Below are positions 18,084 through 25,604 of a DNA stretch of 64,000 nt, piece by piece. The position numbers were made by a program, and so were the translations under genes. Each line of letters starts with the position of its first letter. Position 1 is the first letter of the stretch. The DNA is from Candidatus Amesbacteria bacterium (lineage in GTDB: Bacteria; Patescibacteriota; Microgenomatia; CAZETR01; Amesbacteraceae). The notes beneath the pieces were generated by a model. It was not told the DNA's origin and searched no databases. It saw nothing but the letters and a program-made list of their open reading frames with translations. The stretch lies in assembly GCA_027371535.1 (NCBI GenBank), contig DAHXMV010000002.1:67494-131493 (forward strand). Reading direction: 5' to 3'.

Positions 18084-20201
18084 ATGTGGTCTGATCTACT
18101 GCTGGTGCTGAAATGGTGGCTGATACTTTTCGGGCTGGGGATGGCCGGATGGCCACTTGTTGCTTATGTTTTTAACATGTGGGAAAACAAAGGTTATTTA
18201 CTGGCCAAGGCAGCGGGGATTTTAACCGTAGTTTATATCGTCTGGATATTGGGAAGTATAAGAATAGCAGCTTTTTCTGCCGGGTTGCTTTGGACGGTAA
18301 CAGGTGCCGTTTTGGTTTGGGGATGGTTAGCCCTAGCACCCAAATACCTGACCAAAGTCAGCTGGAAAAAGATTCTGCTGGATGAACTGATGTTTTTGAT
18401 ACCTCTTCTGGTCTGGAGCTGGATAAAGGCCCATGAACCGACTATTAACGGGTTGGAAAAGTTTATGGATTACGGTTTTACCAAGTCAATCTTACGGGGA
18501 GCGTACTTTCCACCGGCCGATATGTGGTTTGCGGGAGAAACCATAAATTACTACTACTTCGGCCACTTAATGATGGCAGCCTTAACCAAAATGTCGGGAA
18601 TAGATCTGTCAGTGACCTTTAATTTAATGCTTGCGACCCTGTGTGCGCTGACATGGTCGATGAGCTGGGCCATCGGCCGACAATTACTGGCCAGGATAAA
18701 GCCTTACCAGAAAACGGCAGGGGCGTTTCTAATTGCTTTTCTGGTGACGCTGTCCGGAAATTTACATACAATTTACGCATTTACCAAGGGATATTGGGGA
18801 AAAGAAGACAATCCCCCGCCATTCTGGACAATTTTTATAAATATTTTTGATAAAAACCAGATCGGCCAAGGGTTTGCGAATTACTGGTATCCCAATGCAA
18901 CCAGATTTATTCCCTATACAATCCATGAATTTCCTTCATATTCTTTCGTAGTGTCCGATATCCACGGTCATGTGTTGGCCATACCCATTGATCTGTTACT
19001 GATTTCCCTATTGATTGCGATTTTTGCCGGAAAAGAAAAACCAGACAGTCTTTTGAAATACGGGGTGTACGGATGGATAGCGGGGATGGCCCTGATGACC
19101 AATGCACTGGACGGGCCAATATATATCTGCCTTCTGGGATGGTTAATTTTTCTGACTACAGGAGGGATAAAACGGCTAAAAGAGCCTTTGTGGTGGAAGA
19201 ATTTCGGCATCAAGATGGCCGTCGTAGGAGGAGTGTTTGTCATTTGTATCCTGCCTTTTTTACTGTCTTTCAAACCTTTCGTATCGGGGATCGCGGTGGA
19301 CTGTCCACCGGCCATTTTGGCAAATAAGAAAATCGGGCCATTGATTTTTGAAGGCACAGAAAAATGCCAAAAATCACCCCTATGGATGATGCTGGTGCTG
19401 TGGGGATTCTTCGGTTTCTGTGCAATGGGACTGGTTTATCTATTTAAGAACGAGTCGGCCGAGAAAAAAATGCTGGTGGGGTGGTCCGTATTTTCATTAC
19501 TGTTAATCATCTTCCCGGAATTTTTCTACTTTAAAGATATCTATCCGCTGCATTTTCGCAGCAACACGATGTTTAAACTCGGCTACCAGGTTTTTATGAT
19601 AATGTCGATTGTCTCGGGCTTTACGATTGTAAATCTGGCGGTGATAAAAAACAAAAGCCGGGGAGTGAAAATATTTTTGACGGGGCTAATACCGCTACTG
19701 TTTTTAGTGTCCATATATCCTTATTTTTCGGTCAAATCCTACTTTAACTCCCTGAGCAATTACCAGGGGTTATACGGACTGGAATGGTTTCAACTTAAAT
19801 ATCCCGATGATCTGGCGGCCGTCAACTGGCTGTCTAAAAACATTCCGGCATATCAGCAACCGGTCGTTTTGGAAGCCGCCGGGGACAGTTATACAGACAG
19901 TGACAAAATTTCGGCATTTTCGGGATTCCCCACCGTGGCCGGGTGGACGGTGCATGAATGGCTGTGGAGAGGAGGATATGAACCCATAGGGTTTCGAGAC
20001 AGCGAAGTGGAAAGGATGTATGATTCCCAGGACATAAATGAGACGGCAAACCTGTTTAAAAAATACCAGGTAAAATACGTGGTGATCGGAAATACGGAAA
20101 GGGCCAAGTATCCCAATTTAGATGAAGAAAAAATGGCAGCAATGGGAAAACCTGTATTTTCTCAGGGGACGACCACAATTTATCAAATCAATAATACTTA
20201 G
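18084..20201 (+). CDS. DUF2298 / Chlor_Arch_YYY membrane protein (GT-C-like)
   Basis: GLEKFMD, PPADMWFAGETINYYYFG, TIHEFPSYSF, DIHGH, NTMFKL, GWTVHEWLWRG; ATG 18084 lies 7 nt after TATAAT. Confidence 0.9.
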   Translation: MWSDLLLVLKWWLILFGLGMAGWPLVAYVFNMWENKGYLLAKAAGILTVVYIVWILGSIRIAAFSAGLLWTVTGAVLVWGWLALAPKYLTKVSWKKILLDELMFLIPLLVWSWIKAHEPTINGLEKFMDYGFTKSILRGAYFPPADMWFAGETINYYYFGHLMMAALTKMSGIDLSVTFNLMLATLCALTWSMSWAIGRQLLARIKPYQKTAGAFLIAFLVTLSGNLHTIYAFTKGYWGKEDNPPPFWTIFINIFDKNQIGQGFANYWYPNATRFIPYTIHEFPSYSFVVSDIHGHVLAIPIDLLLISLLIAIFAGKEKPDSLLKYGVYGWIAGMALMTNALDGPIYICLLGWLIFLTTGGIKRLKEPLWWKNFGIKMAVVGGVFVICILPFLLSFKPFVSGIAVDCPPAILANKKIGPLIFEGTEKCQKSPLWMMLVLWGFFGFCAMGLVYLFKNESAEKKMLVGWSVFSLLLIIFPEFFYFKDIYPLHFRSNTMFKLGYQVFMIMSIVSGFTIVNLAVIKNKSRGVKIFLTGLIPLLFLVSIYPYFSVKSYFNSLSNYQGLYGLEWFQLKYPDDLAAVNWLSKNIPAYQQPVVLEAAGDSYTDSDKISAFSGFPTVAGWTVHEWLWRGGYEPIGFRDSEVERMYDSQDINETANLFKKYQVKYVVIGNTERAKYPNLDEEKMAAMGKPVFSQGTTTIYQINNT

Positions 20202-20213
20202 CTACCCGGTTTT

Positions 20214-21266
20214 TCAGGGAAGAAGAGAGGACACATAGGAGGACAGGGCTTTATAATCCCCGTTTTTAGGGATTAAAACCCACTGATTCTGATATTTATC
20301 AGATATGGGCGGATTTTCCAGCTGATCCGGGGCGGTCAGGGAATAAGTTTTAAGCGGATATTGCCTGGCTTTTAAAGCCAGCCGAAAAAGAGTGGAATAA
20401 TAGTCCGGGGTGATATCGGTAGCCAGCGAGCCGGTGACCAGGTCATAAAGCTGTTTATAAACTTTGGTATTTTTGAGATTGTTAATCGACAGGAGTTTGT
20501 TTTTAACCGCCGTAATAACTTTTTCCTGCCTTTTGGAACGGGCGAAATCTGTCCCCTCATCCAAATCAGTTGAGTAACGGGAGCGGACAAACTTTAAGGC
20601 GGTAGTTCCGTCCATATGCTGAGGCCCGGCGTCAAAGTGAAGATGCTCGTAACGGCATTTAAATTCAGGGTCTCCGCCGCAGGGGTCATTTTCCCTGCCG
20701 GCGATGGGATATTTATAGTCGTCAAAGGTTTTATCGACAGTGATATCTATACCGCCCAAAAGGTCAATGGCTTTGGAAAAAGTCGAAAAATCCAAGTAAA
20801 CTGCAAACTGGACAGGCTGGCCGATGACCTCCGAAACGGCAGATTTTGCAGACAGGAGGCCACCCATGGTAGCCTGGACATCATAACCCAAATGATAAGC
20901 AGTATTGATCTTTTGTTCGCGTGAAGGCAGCCAGAGGTCTCTGGGGATGGAAATTAAAGTAGTCTCACCGGTATCATCTTTGACAGAGATAAAAATCATA
21001 GTATCCGTTAAATCCGGACCGTCATGATTTTCACCGCCCGCCCCCAGTAAAACGAAATTGGTCCGGCCGCCGATTTCGGGCAGGGGTTTACCAGCCATAA
21101 CTTCAATATCAGAGATGATCTTTTTAGCCTGAGACTTAAACAGGAACCAGCCGGCCACCCCAACAATGATGACGGCAAAAATGATTAATAATCTGGTAAA
21201 GACGACGTGAGAAAGCAGTTGGCGTCTGGTCCGGTGGATAAAGTGATGAAATTTGCTAAAAGGCAT
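20214..21266 (-). CDS. LytR-CpsA-Psr (LCP) family glycopolymer transferase
   Basis: TM helix, NFVLLG, LTDTMI, ISIPRDLW, KINTAY, ALKFVRSR, DFARSKRQ. Confidence 0.95.
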   Translation of the reverse strand: MPFSKFHHFIHRTRRQLLSHVVFTRLLIIFAVIIVGVAGWFLFKSQAKKIISDIEVMAGKPLPEIGGRTNFVLLGAGGENHDGPDLTDTMIFISVKDDTGETTLISIPRDLWLPSREQKINTAYHLGYDVQATMGGLLSAKSAVSEVIGQPVQFAVYLDFSTFSKAIDLLGGIDITVDKTFDDYKYPIAGRENDPCGGDPEFKCRYEHLHFDAGPQHMDGTTALKFVRSRYSTDLDEGTDFARSKRQEKVITAVKNKLLSINNLKNTKVYKQLYDLVTGSLATDITPDYYSTLFRLALKARQYPLKTYSLTAPDQLENPPISDKYQNQWVLIPKNGDYKALSSYVSSLLP

Positions 21267-21280
21267 ATTAAACTACCCGT

Positions 21281-23188
21281 ATGGAGATTTTACGCGATCT
21301 GAATCGAATCCAACAAGAGGCCGTGTCCTTTGACATCCAAAAGCCGCTGATGGTCCTGGCCGGGGCAGGAAGCGGCAAGACGCGGATTTTGACTTACAGG
21401 GTGGCATTTTTAATTGAAAATATGCAAGTCAGACCTGAGAATATTCTGCTTCTGACTTTTACAAATAAAGCGGCCGGGGAGATGCTATCCCGGGTAAACA
21501 AGTTAATAAAGCAGGACGCCAGACTGATACAGGGGGGGACATTTCATAGTTTTACCGCAAAAATACTGAGAAAATACGGAGAATATTCGGGTATATCAAG
21601 AAATTTCGTCATATATGACGAAGGGGACAAGTTGGAAGCCATCAAGCAGGCTATGGCAGTCCTGGCAATAGACAGCAAGGCCATGAGACCAAGCTCGGCA
21701 GCCGCAGCCATTTCAGACGCCAAAAATAATATGGTTCCGGCAGGCGACTATGCAAATTTTGCCAGAGGAAATTTTACCCAAAACGTGGCCAGGATTTATA
21801 CCGTCTACCAACAACTTTTAAATAAATACCAGGCTTTGGATTTTGACGATTTACTCCTGAAAGGAGTGGAACTATTGAAATCCGATCCGAAAATCCTGAA
21901 TAAATTGCAGGAGCAGTTTAAATATATTCTGGTGGATGAGTATCAGGATACCAACAAAGCCCAGTACGAACTCACCAAAATGCTGGCTTTTGGCCATCGG
22001 CACCTGACCGTAGTCGGGGATGCGGCCCAGGCAATTTATTCATGGAGAGGAGCAGATTACCGGAATCTGCTGTACCTGAAACAGGATTTTCCGGACCTGA
22101 ATATCGTGCAACTGGAACAGAACTACAGATCCACCCAGAATATTCTGACAGCGGCAAACCGGGTAATTTCAAAAAATAAAAATCATCCGATTTTAAAACT
22201 ATGGACAGAGAGAAAAGGCGGAGACCCGATTACAGTTTATGAAGCCGAGAGTGAACTGGAAGAAGCGGAATATATCATTAATATAATCACCAATCATCCG
22301 CCAAATGGCGGACAGGTAAATTATTCAGATTTTGCGGTGCTATACCGGACAAATGCGCAGTCCAGGGTAATTGAAGAGGCCCTATTACATGCCGGTATCC
22401 CCTACTCGCTATTCGGCGGGGTAAGATTTTATGAGCGCAGAGAGATCAAAGACCTGCTCTGCTATCTGAGACTTTTGTTAAACCCGAATGATGAAATCAG
22501 CCGGAAGAGAGCTGAAAAAATAGGTAAAAGGAAGCTGGCGGTTTACGAATCAAGATTTACGGATTATGACCTGAATCAAAAAACCCTAGATACGTTAGAC
22601 CAGACATTAAAAGATACGGGGTATTTGGAGCAGTTTGATCCCCTGAACGAAGAAGATGCAGGAAGACTGGAAAATATAAAAGAGCTAAGGAGTGTAGCAA
22701 TGGAGTTTCCCAACCTGTCGGAATTTTTGGAACAAATTGCTTTAACAGAAAAAGAAAGCAGGAAAACTGCCCGGGCTACGGCTTCGGAGAGTTTCGGAGC
22801 CGTAAACCTGATGACACTGCATGCGGCCAAGGGGCTGGAATTCAAAACCGTGTTTATGGTGGGCATGGAAGAAGGGTTATTTCCCCATTCAAGAACCCTG
22901 ATGAACCCGGAGGAAATGGAGGAAGAACGCCGCCTGTGTTATGTGGGGATGACCAGGGCGATGGACAAACTATATTTAACTTATGCCTCCAGAAGGCTGT
23001 TTTTCGGTCAACGCAGCAGTAATGTGGTATCCAGATTCCTGGCGGATATACCGGAGGAATTAATTGACCCCAGTCAATCTTCCCGTTCGCCTTCAGGATC
23101 TATTCGATCACGGCTCACGGAGCGATTTGACGGGGTAAGGTGGGGATTTGATGAAAACGGCAACTGGAAATGGAAACCGGACGATTAA
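21281..23188 (+). CDS. pcrA: ATP-dependent DNA helicase PcrA/UvrD
   Basis: AGAGSGKT, LTFTNKAA, VDEYQDTN, LEQNYRST, LYRTNAQSR, TLHAAKGLEF, EERRLCYVGMTRA. Confidence 0.95.
   Translation: MEILRDLNRIQQEAVSFDIQKPLMVLAGAGSGKTRILTYRVAFLIENMQVRPENILLLTFTNKAAGEMLSRVNKLIKQDARLIQGGTFHSFTAKILRKYGEYSGISRNFVIYDEGDKLEAIKQAMAVLAIDSKAMRPSSAAAAISDAKNNMVPAGDYANFARGNFTQNVARIYTVYQQLLNKYQALDFDDLLLKGVELLKSDPKILNKLQEQFKYILVDEYQDTNKAQYELTKMLAFGHRHLTVVGDAAQAIYSWRGADYRNLLYLKQDFPDLNIVQLEQNYRSTQNILTAANRVISKNKNHPILKLWTERKGGDPITVYEAESELEEAEYIINIITNHPPNGGQVNYSDFAVLYRTNAQSRVIEEALLHAGIPYSLFGGVRFYERREIKDLLCYLRLLLNPNDEISRKRAEKIGKRKLAVYESRFTDYDLNQKTLDTLDQTLKDTGYLEQFDPLNEEDAGRLENIKELRSVAMEFPNLSEFLEQIALTEKESRKTARATASESFGAVNLMTLHAAKGLEFKTVFMVGMEEGLFPHSRTLMNPEEMEEERRLCYVGMTRAMDKLYLTYASRRLFFGQRSSNVVSRFLADIPEELIDPSQSSRSPSGSIRSRLTERFDGVRWGFDENGNWKWKPDD
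22297..22317. repeat. Short palindromic element in frame within pcrA
   Basis: TCCGCCA-AA-TGGCGGA followed by CAGGT; encodes HPPNGGQ just before the DFAVLYR motif. Confidence 0.6.
23067..23136. repeat. 70-bp imperfect hairpin (MITE/REP-like) in frame in the pcrA C-terminal tail
   Basis: ACCCCAGTCAATC...CCGT..GCC...GATC pairs with GATC..GGC..ACGG...GATTTGACGGGGT. Confidence 0.65.
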
Positions 23189-23198
23189 CAATCGCGAA

Positions 23199-23846
23199 TT
23201 ACAGATAGCCGAGGATGGTTTTGACGGTCAGGGGAAAATCAATGATCCGGGTATGGCCTGAGACGGGCAGGCGAATATTAATCACCCCTTTAAGAGTCAG
23301 ATTATTATTCGGAATAACATAATTATCGGTTTGGGAATAAATGTTTATTATCCTAGATAAATCATCCGGTTTTAAGTGTTTGGGCGAAAAAGGCGAGCCC
23401 AGTCCCTTAAGACCCTCGATAGGCAGGTAGCCAAGCAGCGAGCCGGAAACCGGGACGGAAACGAGAAAAACTTTTTTAATATGCGGGTTGACTTCAGCAT
23501 CACGTAACATTTCCAGAGCTATACGCCCGCCCTTGCTGTGCCCCAGGATAATCAGATCCTTAAGGCCAGACTGAATAATGAACTTTTTAACCATGTCAAC
23601 CGTTTGGGACAGAGGTTTCGCATTGTAGCCCAATCCGGGGACTGTAAATATCCTGAAACCTTCGCGGTTTAAAGCATCTCCCCAACTCTTAAGAAAATAC
23701 CAGCTGGAATGAACTCCCTGAAACAGTAACACGTTTCCCCTGTTACCACGGCTCCATTTTTGAGGAGGTTTGCGATTAAATAAGGAGAGAAAATATTTAA
23801 TCAATATGGTTACACGCTCGGGAAGTAGCCAGAAAAAGCCCGCCAT
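23199..23846 (-). CDS. Alpha/beta hydrolase (lipase/esterase-like)
   Basis: Nucleophile elbow ILGHSKGG, YSQTDNYV, SGHTR; ATG lies 6 nt after TAAAAT. Confidence 0.85.
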   Translation of the reverse strand: MAGFFWLLPERVTILIKYFLSLFNRKPPQKWSRGNRGNVLLFQGVHSSWYFLKSWGDALNREGFRIFTVPGLGYNAKPLSQTVDMVKKFIIQSGLKDLIILGHSKGGRIALEMLRDAEVNPHIKKVFLVSVPVSGSLLGYLPIEGLKGLGSPFSPKHLKPDDLSRIINIYSQTDNYVIPNNNLTLKGVINIRLPVSGHTRIIDFPLTVKTILGYL

Positions 23847-23862
23847 GAGATAATTTTAACTG

Positions 23863-24792
23863 ATGATGGATAAAAATGAATGGAACAGCCAGGTGTCTCA
23901 TCCGTTACAAAGCTGGGAATGGGGGGAATTCCGGATAAAAAGGCAACCGGTCAGCCGACTGGCCGGGATGCAGATCATGTGGACCAGGGTCCCATACACA
24001 CCCTGGTATTTCGGATATATACCAATGGGAAGAATCCCAAATGAAAAAGAGATTGAGCAACTCAGAGATGAAGCAATAAAGATGAATGCCATAGGAATAA
24101 GGATGGAACCGAATATTCCAAGGGAACAAATAACCAATTTTCAATTTTCAATATTAAATCAATTTTTTAAACCGGGAAGAAAATTGTTCAAAGATAAAAC
24201 TATTCTGATCGATCTGTCCAAAACCGAGGAAGAATTGTTAAAAAATATGCATCCCAAAGGCAGATATAATGTCAGGGTTGCGCTGAAACATGGGGTAACT
24301 GTCCGGGAAGATAATTCCGACGGGGCTTTTGAAAAATACCTGGAACTGATGTTTGCCGGAACTGCCAAAAGGCAGAAAATTTACAGCCACGGCAGAAGTT
24401 ACCACAGACTGATGCGGGAGTGTCTGAAGAACAATATCGCCCATTTGTGGGTGGCGGAATATAAGAACGAAATCATTACCGCTGACATAATATTTAAATT
24501 TAAAGAGGGCATATATTATGCCTACGGGGCTTCAAAATTGGAATATAAAGAAGTGATGGCACCGACGTTACTTTTATGGGAAATCATGAAGTGGGGTAAA
24601 AACACGGGGGCCAAATTTTTTGATTTATGGGGAGCAGAAGAGGGTAAGGGTTTTTCCAGATTCAAAGAGCAGTTCGGAGGCATGGTGGTAGAAATGGCCG
24701 GAACTTATGATTTGCCTGTAAATAAATGGTTATACCCCTTATTCAGAGCAGCGGAGGGCATCAGATGGAAAATGCTGAGAATTTTGAAATAG
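23863..24792 (+). CDS. FemABX-family peptidoglycan bridge peptidyltransferase
   Basis: HPLQSWEWGEF, IDLSKTEEELLKNMHPKGRYNVR, YAYGAS, FDLWG, GFSRFKEQFGG. Confidence 0.92.
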   Translation: MMDKNEWNSQVSHPLQSWEWGEFRIKRQPVSRLAGMQIMWTRVPYTPWYFGYIPMGRIPNEKEIEQLRDEAIKMNAIGIRMEPNIPREQITNFQFSILNQFFKPGRKLFKDKTILIDLSKTEEELLKNMHPKGRYNVRVALKHGVTVREDNSDGAFEKYLELMFAGTAKRQKIYSHGRSYHRLMRECLKNNIAHLWVAEYKNEIITADIIFKFKEGIYYAYGASKLEYKEVMAPTLLLWEIMKWGKNTGAKFFDLWGAEEGKGFSRFKEQFGGMVVEMAGTYDLPVNKWLYPLFRAAEGIRWKMLRILK

Positions 24793-25604
24793 CCGAGGAT
24801 CTGAGGCAATCGAACGAATACGGAAAATATATAGAGAGGATCGGATGGAGAGCGGTGAAGTTTCCACACCAGGATATGCAGATATTTATAAGAAAGTTGG
24901 GGCCGGTGAGGGTAGCCAAGCTGCAAAGAACCAGCCTGTCCATTCCCTGGAAAAACGTAGATAATATATTAACATCCGAAAAGGTGATGATGTGTACAAT
25001 TGAACCGTTACTAGCGGAAATAAAAGAATTTGGACTGAACGGTTATAAGACAAATAAAGAGCCGCTGCTTGGGACTAAAACCCTAAGAGTTAATTTAAGA
25101 CCGAAAGAAGAAGAAATATTTAACTCTTTTAAGAAAGACTGCCGATATATTATCAGAAAATTACGAATTACAAATCACAAATTACAAATAAATGATTTTG
25201 ATAATTTTTACGATATCTGGAAGAAGTCGGCGAAGAGAAAAAGATTGTGGATCCCAGGAATAAATGAGTATAAATCCCTGATCGGATGTTTTGGAAAAAA
25301 CGTGTTTTGCCTGACAATTGATAATCTGGCCGGAGCTTTAATATTGCTCAACAAAAAAACGGCTTTTTATTATTATGCCGGGGCAACCGGCGAAGGAACG
25401 GTAAAAGATCTGCCTTACGCAGTAGTCTGGAACGCCATGCTGGAAGCTAAAAAAAGGGGCTGTCAGGTATGGGATTTTGAAGGCATTTATGATGCCCGGT
25501 GGCCAAACAAAAGCTGGGCGGGTTTTTCCCATTTCAAAAAAAGTTTCGGGGGAAAAGAAATAGAATTTCCGGGTTCCTTTACCAAATGGCGATGGCCTTT
25601 TTAA
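24765..25604 (+). CDS. Second FemABX-family protein
   Basis: DLRQSNEY, EEEIFNSFKKDCRY, YYYAG, WDFEGIYD, GFSHFKKSFGG; start codon uncertain. Confidence 0.85.
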   Translation: MENAENFEIAEDLRQSNEYGKYIERIGWRAVKFPHQDMQIFIRKLGPVRVAKLQRTSLSIPWKNVDNILTSEKVMMCTIEPLLAEIKEFGLNGYKTNKEPLLGTKTLRVNLRPKEEEIFNSFKKDCRYIIRKLRITNHKLQINDFDNFYDIWKKSAKRKRLWIPGINEYKSLIGCFGKNVFCLTIDNLAGALILLNKKTAFYYYAGATGEGTVKDLPYAVVWNAMLEAKKRGCQVWDFEGIYDARWPNKSWAGFSHFKKSFGGKEIEFPGSFTKWRWPF

